DNA of 64,000 bases from Octopus sinensis. Its lineage: Eukaryota. Shown here piece after piece: positions 1 through 13,332 of this stretch. Both the position numbers and the translations under genes were made by a program. Numbering within the stretch: the stretch's first letter is position 1; the number at the start of each line of letters is the position of its first letter. Under the pieces are notes generated by a model. The model saw only the letters and a program-made list of their open reading frames with translations, did not search any database and had not been told where the DNA came from. Location: the NCBI RefSeq assembly GCF_006345805.1, contig NC_043003.1:46748001-46812000 (forward strand). The letters run 5' to 3'.

Positions 1-529
1 CTGTATGACAATGAAGTTTTAGATACAATAGTTCTACAATCGTCTGGGGTATCAGTTCATAAAATGACATTTTATGAAATTTCTAGCATATTGAACAATC
101 ACGTAGAGGCTTCGCCATTAACTGTGAATAGAATATCAGTATTATAATATTTAAAAAAAATTGAATTATTAATTAATATAATTAAATTTATTGTTAAATA
201 AGATCTTTTTAGTTAGTAACGTATCATGATCAAAGCTTGCTTTTCTATAGCTTAATCAGAGAAAGGTCTAAACTCTTATCTTGGATCTCCAAGATATGTA
301 GAATGAAAGGAGGAAGTGATCTTCGTACTGGTGATAGGGCTCTGTTGAAAGCACCCCAAGACCAGGCAGTGTTGTTTGGTATTCTTTATTTCACTAACAC
401 ATTTTCAAAAGTGTAGTTAGTGGTAACATTAAGGAATAAAGAGAGAGAAAGCATAGTGACCTCAGCGTGTATCTACGTATGTCCGCCTGCTTGCATAAGC
501 GTGTCTATGAATGTTATACTCTTTAGCTT

Positions 530-745
530 TTACTTGTTTTCACTCATTGGACAGCAGCCATTTTGGGGAACTGCCTTGAAGGATTTAGTTGAACAAATCG
601 GATTCAGTGCATGTTTTTGAGTTTGGTGGTACATATTGTATAGGTTACTCTTGCCCAACCGATAAGTTATGGGGATTTAAGCAAACCAACACTGCTCGTC
701 AAGTGTTGGTGAACGACAGACACAACTCAGACACACACACACACA

Positions 746-824
<79 letters not shown>

Positions 825-1007
825 CAAACACACACAAATATATATGACGGGCTTCTATCAGTTTCTTTCTATCAAAACAACTCCTAAGGCTTTGGCCGAC
901 CTGGGGCTATAGTAGAAAGCACTTGCTCAGGTGCCACGCTGTGGGCCTGAAACCGGAATTATGTGGTTGGGAAGCAACTTCTTACTGCACAGTCTCGCCT
1001 GCGTCTA
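530..1007 (-). mobile_element. tRNA-derived SINE, family A (working label), decayed full-length copy with internal (CA)n
   Basis: Matches the recurrent unit seen at 4130, 13101, 20073, 28610 and 43268: tRNA-like head, AAGACACTTGCCCAAGGTGCCACGC, central microsatellite, CAGTCATT tail. Confidence 0.85.
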
Positions 1008-1585
1008 TACTGATAAATTTTAATTAAAATACTTCAAATTTATAAAGTATACAAATCGTCGCAATTAAAATACTTCAGCCTTTATAAAAGTGCACCCCAC
1101 TTACCTCACTTTACCTCACAAACACACATTAACACATATATACTCATCGTCACACATACACACAAACTCATTCACAAGTATACAGTTGCAGATATTTCTT
1201 TTCTATGAGGTCCTGATTATAATTTCTTCTCATGAGTAAAATAGTGTAAAAAATACTACACCAGATTCATCCTGGCACAGGCCCATTATTAGTAGGGAGT
1301 AGGGGTCGCATGAGACGATCGTAATTGTCATATCTCTTTATCTCACGGGACAAAATCGGAAGTTGTACTTTAACTGAGAGTTAACGGCACCTGACTACTT
1401 GTCAGGCAACACGTACTATATCAATAATAGTCACAACAACAACAAGAACATTAACAACTGCAAAAGCAACAACAACAACAACAGTGGTTTCATCAACTGA
1501 AGTGACTTGCCAGTGTGAACGCCAAATCGCGGCTTCATGAGCAGTTAGAAATACCAGTCCATTGTGCTGGTATCTTCCTTCGATT

Positions 1586-1835
1586 GCTTGTTTCAGTCGT
1601 TGGACTGCGGCCAAGCCGGGGGCACCGCATTGAAGGACTTAGCAGATCAAATCGACTCCAGTACTTATTCTTATTTTCTATTCTGGCGGCTTCTTTTTGC
1701 CGAACCGCTGTGTTACGAACTAAGGGGAACGTAAACAAACCAATACCATTATCAAGTGGTGGTGGTGATGCGCTCATATGTTTTTATTTTCTTTCACTCG
1801 TTTCAATCATTTGACTGCGGCCATGCTGGAGCACA

Positions 1836-1838
<3 letters not shown>
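1586..1838 (-). mobile_element. Two partial family A SINE tails
   Basis: TTGTTTCAGTC(G/A)TT(G/T)GACTGCGGCCA motif twice; first copy extends to GTAAACAAACC. Confidence 0.75.
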
Positions 1839-1884
<46 letters not shown>

Positions 1885-2024
1885 ATATATATATCAGCCG
1901 AAATTGCGAAGATGATCCGGTTCTTGACTGAAGATTGAAGGCTTCGAATGTCCCGTCCGTGTTTTTTGTATCGTCTTCTAAATGTTTCACGTTCTTGTCC
2001 CAGTTTGTATTTTTTTACATTTAC

Positions 2025-2057
<33 letters not shown>

Positions 2058-2079
2058 CATGTGTGTATGTATATTCACC

Positions 2080-2136
<57 letters not shown>

Positions 2137-2273
2137 TCTTTGGATGGAATTTATGAACATTTAATGCAACCCCGAAAACCTGGTTCACCAGTCAGCATCA
2201 TTAGACAATAGCCGGCATAATGGAATAGGAACTTCATTTGCATATTTAAAACGTTTCCTGTAAACAAATTTTA

Positions 2274-2364
<91 letters not shown>

Positions 2365-2419
2365 CATGGCGGGCACAAAGCGTTGTACGGCGAGAGACCA
2401 GGGTAGAAAACATACGCTC

Positions 2420-3415
2420 AAGGTGGAGCGCTTTGCAGCAGTGTTTTTGGTTTTATGGTTGGAGTTTAAATTCCGTCAATGTCGACTTTGCCTTTCATCT
2501 TTTCGAAGAGGATAAAATAAGTACCAGTTGAATACTGGAGTCGATATAATTGACTTATCCCTTCCCCCAAAATGCCTGGCCTTGTGCCAAAATTAGAACG
2601 AACCATTATTATTATTATTGCTTTTTAGGCGGCCAGCTGGCAGAATCGTTAGGATGCTGGCCGAAATCCTTAGCGGTATTTCGCCCATCGCTACATTTTG
2701 AGTTCAAATTCCGCCTTTTAGGATCGATGAATTAAGTACCAGTTATGCACTGGGGTCGATGTAATCGACTTATCCCCGCCCACAAAATTTCAGGCCTTGT
2801 GCCTCTAATAGAAAGGAGTACTTATTACTTTTAAGGCGGCGAGCTGGCAGAATCGTTGGCATAATGTTTAGCGGTATTTCGTCCGTCTTTACGTTCAGGG
2901 TTCAAATTCCGCTGCGGTCGACGTTGCCTTTCATGCTTTCGGAGTCAGTAAATTAAGTACCAGTGAAACTCCTTACGACTAAATAGTGACAATAAGAACT
3001 GTACAATATCACCGAAAGATAATTATTAGAATATTATAATTAGCAAAGGCGGCGAGCTGGGAGAAACGTTAGCACGCCGGGCGAAATACGTAGCCGCATT
3101 TCCTCTGCCGTTACGTTCTGAGTTCAAATTCCGCCGAGGTCGACTTTGCTATTTCATCCCTTCGGGTTCGATAAATTAAGTACCAGTTGCGTACTGGGGT
3201 CCATGTAATCGACTTGGCCCTTGTCCCCAAAATTTCGGGCCCTATGCCTAGAGTAGAAAACCAGACACAAATGCTTGGTATCATTTCGTTCTAAGTTCAA
3301 ATTCCACCAAAGTCGGAGGATCGATAAAATAAATACCAGTTGGTTACTGGGGTCGATGTAATCGACATCAAACCCCTCTCGAAGTTGCTAGCCGTATACC
3401 AAAATTTGTAACCAA
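2420..3415 (+). mobile_element. Head-to-tail array of about five family B SINEs
   Basis: Repeated GGCGGCGAGCTGGCAGAATCGTT...TTCAAATTCCGCC...GTCGACTTTGCCTTTCAT...AAGTACCAG...GGGGTCGATGTAATCGAC units near 2430, 2625, 2833, 3045, 3285. Confidence 0.85.
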
Positions 3416-3591
3416 TATAAGACACCTATCCAAAGTGATGCACAGTGGGTTCGAACCTGGAGTCACATGGATGCAAAGGGAAATTCTTGATCACACAGTC
3501 ATTAATGCACCTATTAACGTATTTTAAGTTAACGCTGATAACTTTCTCACATTGTTTAGTGCCTTTTATAATAGCTAAGTGGTTTTATACA

Positions 3592-3632
<41 letters not shown>

Positions 3633-4129
3633 CACCTGTAAGAAGTCACACAACTTGTTAGACATAGTGACCAAATCTCTCCTTTCTACAGCCTGGTGTT
3701 TTAAATTAAGTATAGAATATATTGGATAACATAGCTCTAAACACATAATGCTTCCAAAAGAAAAAAAAGAAAAACACGATGGTCATGGCTGGAGTGTCGT
3801 TGATCAGAGGGCTGTTCCATCACAGCTGACCTAGGCGTAAAACATAACAACGAAATGCTTATCGTGATTTTGAACCGAAATTCTATAAACGGTACAGAAA
3901 TGTCTCTATAATATTCTTTGCTATTAATTAATACAAAATGGGGAAAACTTCCCGGGGACGCCTGCTGCATAGAAATTTATTCGTAAGCATGGCGCTCTCA
4001 GTAGAAACCAGATGATGTGCATTTGCAAAGCGTGCGTTTTACTAAGAACTTGTAGTGTGTTTCGTTTATATGTGTGCGTGCATGTGTGTCTGTATATGCA
4101 TATGCGTGCATATGTGTGTATCTCTTTTA

Positions 4130-4338
4130 CTTTTTACTACTTGTTTCAGTCATTTGACAGTAGCCATGCTGGAGCACCGCTTTTAGTCGATCAAATTGAC
4201 CCCAGGATTTAGTTTTTGTAGGCCTAGTACTTATTCTATCGGTTTCTGTTGCCGAACCGCTAAGTTACTGGGACGTAAACACACCAGCATCGGTTGTCAA
4301 TCGATGCTGGGAGGACCAACACAGACACACAAACGTAT

Positions 4339-4380
<42 letters not shown>

Positions 4381-4556
4381 ACACACATATATACGACGGG
4401 CTTCTTTCAGTTTCCGTCAACCAAATCCACTCACAAGGCTTTGGTCGCCCCGTGGCTATAGTAGAAGACACTTGCCCAAGGTGCCACGCAGTGGAACTGA
4501 ACCCGGAACCATGTGGTTGGTAAGCAAGCTACTTACCACACAGCCACTCCTATGTA
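4130..4556 (-). mobile_element. Family A SINE, full length
   Basis: Close match to the 13101 and 28610 copies, including GGAACCATGTGGTTGGTAAGCAAGCTACTTACCACACAGCCACTCCT. Confidence 0.9.
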
Positions 4557-4831
4557 TACAAAGGTGAAATGTTACAGTATATCACTGTTTATAATTAGTG
4601 ATTTCATTTTTTTCCATTTTCTTCAGGTACTAAGATAAGTAAATGATTTCAAAACGTGATTTAGTGACAACCACGGATAACTTACCGACTTAATAATAGA
4701 AATATGTGAGAGAATGCCTAAACTCCAAGACCTGCTTCTGTCTTAGTCACAAAATAGTGACTAAAGCAATTCGAAAGGGAAAGAAATATAACTGTGTGTG
4801 TGTGCGTGCGTACACCGTTCGCTACCTTGTC

Positions 4832-5690
4832 TTATAATAACGGCATTTTACCTAAAATAGCTTGTAATTTTAGCACGTGTTGGTAGAGAGAAGTGTCACC
4901 AAACCGGTTTCGGTCCCCAGGTGTAGCTATATCATAAATCTGAGGTGCTATGCCAATGTCAGGTATGAGTATTAGTGTTCCTTCAAGAGTTATCTTCAGT
5001 CCAGTTAGATTGTTTACGATTTCAAACCGTGCCAAAAATAATTTCCGGTATCTGTTGCTTTGACGGATTTGTAGGTGAACGTGGGGATATGTGGGGTGCT
5101 TAGGTGTTTTTAGAACAAATAGAATCCACCTCACTCCTGATCTGACCCCAGATGATTTCTTCCAGAAGGAGGATAAGAGTCAGACAGAAAGAAAGATTCA
5201 AACAAAGAGAATAGATCCCAGTACAGAACTGGTACTTAATTTATCGAATTCGAAAGTTTTTTTAAATGTAGGAGACAGCTATTGTGCGGAGTGTGAAAGA
5301 GGTCCTCAAGTGAGTTTGTATCTACACAAACCATATTTTTGTACAATCTGGTGAAGGAGATAAACTCTAGGGGATAAAGGAGGTCTTCGTTTACGACTGC
5401 CTCCATCAACTTTGGGATGCTGGAAATAAAGACAATAAATTCATAACTGGCATAAGCACTGTCTGGTGTTTCCACAGATGAGCTGAAATCCTCGTAAATA
5501 TTGAATAGTTGAATGAAAAGTGAAGTTATCTACCGAACATACTGCAAAAGGAAAATGGAATGGAGGCCGTGGAAATTGGTCCTTGTTGAATGAAAATGAC
5601 CGGTGAAATTTTTCAATATTTTTCAGCTGCACGCGCGTACAGTTGATAAATATCTTGTCTGTGAGTGGACATTGCATTTTTAGTTGTGAT
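4832..5690 (-). pseudogene. Decayed non-LTR reverse transcriptase fragment (CR1/Jockey/L2-like), frameshifted, with a SINE scrap near 5210-5250
   Basis: Three consecutive minus-strand ORFs give peptides in RT order: FISSIPKLMEAVVNEDLL (cf. YRPISLLSxxxKLMExxxN), TNSLEDL (cf. RSTxDLL), DIGIAPQ (cf. GVPQG). Motif comparison is by eye. Confidence 0.6.
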
Positions 5691-5932
5691 TTTCATAGTA
5701 AGGCACTAGAAGGTTCTGCTACAGTTTGATGGAATAAGAAATACCCTGTACGCTGTACTATGTAGGAAGCATCTTTTACTTTCCTAATAATCTAAATATC
5801 TTAAGCATTGACGCAAAACAAGGACAACTGCCCAGCTGATAGCTGTTGTTCATACTAATTGACTTTGATATAGTTTGGTTGTAGGTAAAGGCGAGGTTTT
5901 GATGAAGGGAAATACTAAACCAAGATTTATAT

Positions 5933-6108
5933 ACATTATTTACATTATTTACATTTGACGGATATTTGTCCTCATCTTTGTTGTTAACACCGCGTTTCGG
6001 CTGATATACCCTCCAGCCTTCAACATATGGCGTAGTGGTTAAGAGCGCGGGCTACTAACCCCAAGACTCCGAATTCGATTCCAGGCAGTGATCTGAATAA
6101 TGATAATA

Positions 6109-6162
<54 letters not shown>

Positions 6163-6317
6163 TCGAAAAATACCTTAGGATTAAGAACCCAGGTTCGATA
6201 TTTCCCCCAAGACACCTGATCAGCCGAAACGTTGTGTTAACAACAAGCAAGATGAGGACAAATACCCGTCAAATGTAAATAATGTACATGATTCATTATC
6301 TCTTAAATATAAAACTG
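5933..6317 (+). mobile_element. tRNA-headed SINE (family H) with hammerhead-derived tail, plus inverted tail copy at its 5' end
   Basis: A-box-like TGGCGTAGTGG and B-box-like GAATTCGATTCC at 6027-6082, (TAA)n, body matching 38496-38730; 5933-6024 is the reverse complement of the tail; CAAGATTTATAT direct repeat at 5921-5932 and 6318-6329. Confidence 0.85.
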
Positions 6318-7104
6318 CAAGATTTATATTTTGGCACTAACTATTCCGTCAATCTAAGCTGGCTTTTCTACAAACCACCGCAACAATAGAAATAGAACAA
6401 GTTTAAACTACCTGTCGTAAGTTTGTCTTACAACAATTATTAAAAAAATAAATGAGAATATATTATTATGTCATTGACAAAATTTGAACTCATCATTGCA
6501 ATTTCCTTGTATTCATGTATGCATGTGTGTGTGACTGTCTGTCTGTCTGTTTTAGAATTTCACCGGTTTCAGTCATTGAATTGCGGCTACATTGGTAGCA
6601 CCACTAAGGAGTTTCTCAGAGGATCAAATGGAATATTCCAGAAAGAGATGCAATTCATTTTATAAAAGAAAGAAGCTTCCAGTTTTGAAATCGGTTTATT
6701 GAGTCACTTTATTATTTGTCATGTACGAGACTCTCCGCTCTTAGGTCAATTTTATAACTTTCTCCCGATTAAAGGAGCATATGAATATTTGTGGGTGGGA
6801 GGTGCATTTACGTAGTAAGCATATCATATATGTACATATGTATGTACATATGCATGTATGTGTATGTGTGTGTGTGTGTGTGTGTATGTACTAGGCATCG
6901 TCACAACTATACAATGTAGAGGGATAAATTGAAGCGTTACATAAACACGCATATTATAAAGATATATACAGACACAAAGCACGTAGATACCCATATATGC
7001 GGGTATATATATATACATATATATATATTTATATATGTATGTATATATATATTTATGTTGGCATGTGCGTGTGCTTGTGTGTGAATGTGTGACTACTATA
7101 CATG

Positions 7105-7158
<54 letters not shown>

Positions 7159-7715
7159 GAGGTTGTACACACTTAAAATCTGCACTTAGATGTGAAGTGG
7201 TCTTGTTTAGGCTTTTTGAACCACTCGAAACTTCTGTGATAGTATACATTCTTTAAAACATTTGTCGAGTTAGCAGTCTTTAAACATGGCAATAGCCAAG
7301 ACTTATTCAGAAAAAAAAAACATTTATGGTAATAAGCAGCACGTAAGACATGCATGCGAATTTACACATATATACAAACCTCTGTGTACGTGCGTACCTC
7401 TGTGTGTGTGTGTGTGTGTGTGTGTAACAGTGTCTGTGTGACAGAAGCAGTCAAAGCAAGTGAGTAAAGGAGTCATGCAGACAGATAGAGAATATAAGGG
7501 CAATTTTGAGTGCATTACGTTCTACTGCCTCTGAGACAGGGTATTCTGAACGTTAATAGGGTAAATGTCTGTTGTGAGAATTGAAAGCTTCCATACCTCA
7601 CAGCGACCAGCTTTTATTTTTACAATCCCATCCTTGGAATAAAACCACTGGTTACTGTTAGGCATTGAACGTTCCAGTTTCTACAACATACATACATACT
7701 TACATACTTACAGAT

Positions 7716-7753
<38 letters not shown>

Positions 7754-7871
7754 AAGAGAGAGAGAGGTACATAGATAGATAGATAGACAGTCAGGTAGAT
7801 AGATAGATAGATAGATACATACATACATACATACATACATACATACATTCTCACTCACACACACAGACACA

Positions 7872-7966
<95 letters not shown>

Positions 7967-7984
7967 CACATATCTTTTATATTT

Positions 7985-8122
7985 TCTTAGTTCCAATCAT
8001 TGGACTATGTCAGTGCTTGGGAATTCTATCTGTCTCTTTCGTGAAACCGCGAATTTAAGGGAACAGAAACAGACCAATACCAGCTGTCAAGTCATATGGT
8101 GGTGGACAACTTAAACACAAAG

Positions 8123-8186
<64 letters not shown>

Positions 8187-8345
8187 GATATGTTTACGTA
8201 TTGTTTCCTTCTATCAAATTCACTCACACAGCATGATCCTAATCGGGGCAGCAGTCGAAGACATTTGCCCAAAATGCTGCGCAGTTGGGCTGAATTCCAA
8301 AGCCCGCGATTGCTAAGCGAGCTTCTTAACCAGACAGCCTTGCTT
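7985..8345 (-). mobile_element. Decayed family A SINE
   Basis: CAATCATTGGACTATG tail, GAAACCG, (CA)n, AAATTCACTCACA, GAAGACATTTGCCCAAAATGCTGCGCAGT. Confidence 0.7.
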
Positions 8346-8547
8346 ATTAAAATTATTTCTGCTTCTAGATAAGGCAGAACAAACTGACAGTATATTCCTT
8401 GATGGCATGTCAGTTTTGGAGAATCTATGCCTCTTGAGAGTATTTCGTTTTCTTATTCGAAGTTGGTCCCAATTGCAACAAAGCGATTGTTCTACCATCT
8501 CTTGAATGGGAGATAATTTATCTTTTCTATTATTTAATATAACATCA

Positions 8548-9083
8548 ACACCAGTATTCAACTGGTATTTATTTTATCGACCCCGAAAGGATGAAAAGCA
8601 AAGTCGACCTCAGCGGAATTTGATCTCACAACGTTAAGACAGACGAAATGCCGCTAAACATTTTGCCCGGCGTGCTAATAATTCTCCTTTATATTATAGG
8701 CAAAAGGCCTAAAATTTGGGAGAAGGGGAATTGTCGATTACATTAACTCCAGTGTTTCACTGGTACTTAACTTATCAACCCAGAATGGATGAAAGGCAAA
8801 ACCGACCTCGGCGGAATTTGAACTCAGAACGTAGGGACGGGCGAAATACCTATTTCTTTACGACCCACAAGGGGCTAAATAAAGAGAGGACAAACAAGAA
8901 CAGACAAACGGATTAAGTCGATTACATCGACCCCAGTGCGTAACTGGTACTTAATTTATTGACCCCGAAAGGATGAAAGGCAAAGTCGACCTCGGCGGAA
9001 TTTAAACTCAGAACGTAACGACAGACGAAATACGGCTACACATTTCGCCCGGCTTGCTAACTATTCTTCCATCTCGCCGCCTT
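8548..9083 (-). mobile_element. Family B SINE cluster (partial copy plus core-linker-core dimer)
   Basis: Core ACTGGTACTTAATTTATCGACCCCGAAAGGATGAAAGGCAAAGTCGACCTCGGCGGAATTT occurs three times; linker GAAATACCTATTTCTTT...CCCACAAGGGGCTAAA. Confidence 0.85.
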
Positions 9084-10312
9084 CGGTTGACGTGTATATC
9101 TGTTGCAGAAGTAGTTATAGGTATTTTAATTCCTCGACTGACAATAATATTTAGCCTCTAAAGAAATGAAAATCTTGCACGTTTAACTACACCTCACTGT
9201 TTCACTGTACACATGCAAAAAGAAAAACATGAGCTCCTTATTACTTTTCCCTTACCTTTTCTCCAATCGCTCGTTCTCTTCCTTTCTTCCCTTCCCCTCC
9301 CTCTTTTTTGCTTTCTCTCCCTTCACTTTCCCCATTTTCATTTATTCTCTCTCTTTTTCACTCCCTCCTTCATTGCTCGCATAAACTGACATAAGCCAGA
9401 TTCTGCCTTCACAACCGACCTGTATAGATCGATTAATTAAACTACTGAGGCGATAGCAGTGTTCGCTTATGAATATCTGTATCAGTGGCGACCCCAGCAC
9501 TCGGGCTGTTCAGGCTTAACCTGAGTATAGATTTAGTAAGGTGAACATGTATTTGCAAGCTGATTTTTATTTGTACCGACACTGACTTCAAGTGTGTAAT
9601 TGCAGCCAATAACTCAGGCTCCTTTTATTGAGCTTGGTCGTAATTCATTTATTTTAGTTCAGCGTCTGGCGGTGTCTTAGAAGTGCACTGTGTCCAAAAA
9701 TATTATTCGTAGCAAATGTTCTGTTGACATCGTTCACACGTGCCTAACTCGGACTCAGAAGTTAGAGCCCAAGTTGTTATCTATAATCGTAAAAATTAAA
9801 AGTAATTCAAATTCAATGTTTTCTTGAAACAATAAATTTTTATTGAGATTAGTATTTAAATTCCAATCTATGAAAAGTTTCCGTCTTACAATATTCTTAA
9901 AGGAACGAAAATTTATCCAACAACTCGGGCTAATACGAACGTGTCTTGTAGGAGTAAAAAAACTAACTGGTATCTCTTGTCAAGAGTATAGGCGATAGTC
10001 GTTATTTGACTGCTGTTATCCTGTGCGTCTGTGTGTAAAGATCAGTTGTATTTTGCAGGGTTGCTTTACTTAGAAATGGAGAAAGACATAGTGCTAGATA
10101 TAAAAAAAATAAGCCATTTGGGGCTAGAAATAAAGCGGGAAAACGTGAAATTCTTCGAACAGGCATGTGTTATGCGAAATCTGTGACGAACCCGAATAAC
10201 GCTGATGACCTGGAGTCGCCTCTGATCTGTATATATGTATGTACGTACGTATGTATGTACGCATGTATTATGCATGTACGCTTATGCATCATAGATAGGT
10301 AGATGGATAGAT

Positions 10313-10365
<53 letters not shown>

Positions 10366-10440
10366 GACAAACAGATAGAGAGACAAACAGACAGATTGAC
10401 AGGTAGACAGACAGGCCGATAAAAATTACACAACGTTATA

Positions 10441-10498
<58 letters not shown>

Positions 10499-10675
10499 GT
10501 TGGCAGGAGAAAAGCTGACTTTCTTGGAAATGGGATATGCTGTCAACCGTTTCTGAAGAACGATGTAGATGTGAGAAATTCAAAAGTTTGGAAAGGATAG
10601 CGACTGGTAAAATGGGGTGTTTGACGTATAGCTTGATTCTGCCAGCCCTCCTTGCCACTACTTCTCACACGAGCC

Positions 10676-10677
<2 letters not shown>

Positions 10678-10733
<56 letters not shown>

Positions 10734-10880
10734 CTCTCTCTTGCTCTCTCTTGCTCTCTCTCTTGCTCTCTCTCTCTCTTGCTCTCTCTTGCTTCTCTCT
10801 CTCTATCTATCTACTATCTCACTCTCTTTGCTCTCTTTCTCTCTCTCGCTCTCGCTTTCCGCTCTTCTTTCTCTCCTCCC

Positions 10881-10923
<43 letters not shown>

Positions 10924-10925
10924 AA
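10678..10925. repeat. Long (CT)n compound microsatellite
   Basis: Direct inspection; explains the L/S-rich ORFs. Confidence 0.95.
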
Positions 10926-11744
10926 GTAATTCATATCTCATGCCAACCTCTCACATTAACCCTTCCTTCTCGGCCCTCCTCTCTCATAGCCTACACTTCA
11001 CTCTCTATATCTCTCATTCACTGCAATCTCCTCTCATCTATTTCCTGTCTCCGCCTCCTTTTACCCTATTCACTTTTTTACACTTCAATCGTCCATTACA
11101 TCACTTTACAACTCTATCAAAGCAGCTTTGTCGGAAACTTTAGACATTTTTTTTCATTCCTCACAACAGCCAAGCTTACCAATTACTAAAGTTTAGTGAA
11201 CCTCTTGACTTCGCCTATTTGTCTAATGTTTCTAATATGATTAATGATTTTTTTGTTTCATGCTTATAAACGTAAATCAAAAACGACTGAATCGCTCTGG
11301 TGACAAAAGTCTCTAAGTGGTATCCGTATCAGTTTGCTGCAGTTTTGTGTACTAAAGATGGTACCTCCCTCACGGTTTAGTGGAACAGCATATAATTCCA
11401 TCTAAAGATAGCTATGGATCATTGAAATATGAAGCTCAACTTGATCAGTGTAACAAATGTTTACCTGTCTCACAAGGACAAATATATTAATTGTTAAGTC
11501 AAAATCTGAAAGCCGAGTTTCAACGAAATGAAATTATTTTTCTCGCGTTATCAATAAATCTCTGTGAAATATCAACACTTATAGTGTGGTTCTTTTAATT
11601 TGCTTTTACTGACATCAGAATTAAGTTAATTGGGCTGCATTTACATTTTTAAAAAAGGCAATTAAATAAATGCCCATTATACTTGTATTTTGGATCAGGT
11701 TGATTCATCAAGTCTGATTCCTGCTAGCAATAGTATGAACAAAG

Positions 11745-11905
11745 AATCCTGGTTTCAAATTTTGGCACAAGGCCACCGACTTCGGGGAAGGTGTTAGTTG
11801 ATTACAACGACCCCAGTGCTATACTGGTACTTATTTTATCGACCCCGAAAGGAAGAAAGACTGACGAAATACTGCTGTGTATTTTGCCCGGCTTGCTAAT
11901 AATAG
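11745..11905 (-). mobile_element. Truncated family B SINE
   Basis: CACAAGGCC...CGACCCCAGTG...ACTGGTACTTATTTTATCGACCCCGAAAGG...GAAATAC; head interrupted where the inverted repeat begins. Confidence 0.75.
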
Positions 11906-11916
11906 CAGAATTATTA

Positions 11917-12563
11917 GACCAAGAAAGAAAGTGAAAGGACAGAAAGAAAAGAAGATAAACAAAAAATAAAAATGAATGAGAGAGAGAGAGAGAGAAAGAG
12001 AAGGAGAGAGAGTGAGTTAAAAAGAAAGAACTTTTGGCCACATTTTGACGCTGCTCGTTGATGCTACATCGAAGAGACCAGGGAACAGAAGAAAGAAGGA
12101 GAAAGAAGACATGCACTCAATACCAGAGCTGAAGACACCTCCGAAGGGTAGGGGGCGCCACGTTAAAACGGTAGAGGAGTAGGGGCCGAAACCGGACGTG
12201 ATTCCTCCTGATGATGTTTTGAGCTAGCTGGACAAAAAATATTAACATCAGGTTTTTTTTTCTATTTTCAGTCATAAATGAACGTACTGTATGATTATCC
12301 AATTTAACAATATTGCAATCTTACAGCATTTTAGGCACCAATTAAAATTTCCATTTCAAGTTTCTTCCATCATACATCTTCTGTTCCCTGGTCTCTTCGA
12401 TGTAGCGTCAACGAGCAGCGTCAAAATGTGGCCAAAAGTTCTTTCTTTTTAACTCACTCTCTCTCCTTCTCTTTCTCTCTCTCTCTCTCTCTCTTCTCTC
12501 TCATTCATTTTTATTTTTTGTTTATCTTCTTTTCTTTCTGTCCTTTCACTTTCTTTCTTGGTC
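11917..12563. repeat. Near-perfect inverted repeat (arms 11917-12092 and 12377-12563, ~285-bp spacer)
   Basis: The right arm is the reverse complement of the left apart from a (CT)n length change and one substitution (GATGCT vs GACGCT). Confidence 0.95.
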
Positions 12564-13100
12564 AATTATACACCATAGTTGCCTTTTATTATTTCTGTAC
12601 ACAAGAAGGACACCGCCCATGCTATGATGTTAATTTTTCAACCAAATTAGACAATTGATTAGAACGTATTCACATTCTTAACAACCATTTTATCTCTTAA
12701 ATGACCCCAAAGTATACATCCTTACTATATTGCTGCTAACGTGTAACCAAAATTCTAAACAACATTTGAAACAATCTAACATATTAGAAAAATATTTAAA
12801 GTTACAATTTTAATATAATTTGTTTAACAAGTTGCTTTCATTGTCTATTTTGAAAATTATCATGGCTCAAAATACACATCTCATTCTCTCCAGCTCTGAT
12901 TCACCGTGTTCACTGCTTCTATTTCCTTCTTCCACCTTCAAACTTAGATCCACTCCTTTGTTACTTCAACCAGCGTGTCTAATTTACCTTTAGTGTTCAG
13001 ATTATTGCCAAATGTAATGCTTATGTAATCAAATTGTTTCGAAAAAGACATGCATAACATAGGAGCTTTGAAATCATGATGATGTCTCGCTTTTCTCTCT

Positions 13101-13291
13101 TTTTCTCTTTTACTTGTTTCAGTCATTTGACTGCGGCCGTGCTGAAGCACCGCCTTTAGTCGCGCAAATCGACCACAGGACTTATTCTTTGTAAGCTTAG
13201 TACTTATTCTATCGGTCTCTTTTGCCGAACCGCTAAGTTATAGGGACGTAAACACACCAGCATCGGTCGTCAAGCGATGTTGGGGGGACGA

Positions 13292-13332
<41 letters not shown>

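Noticed and set aside
4686-4760. 75-nt minus-strand exon with good splice signals
   Set aside because: Stops in all three frames; at most a non-coding exon, unsupported.
5091-5354. + strand ORF or mini-exon GDSYCAECERGPQ
   Set aside because: Lies antisense within the decayed RT and includes a SINE scrap.
12145-12200. Hammerhead in the inverted-repeat spacer
   Set aside because: No closing stem II, and GAC instead of an NUH triplet.
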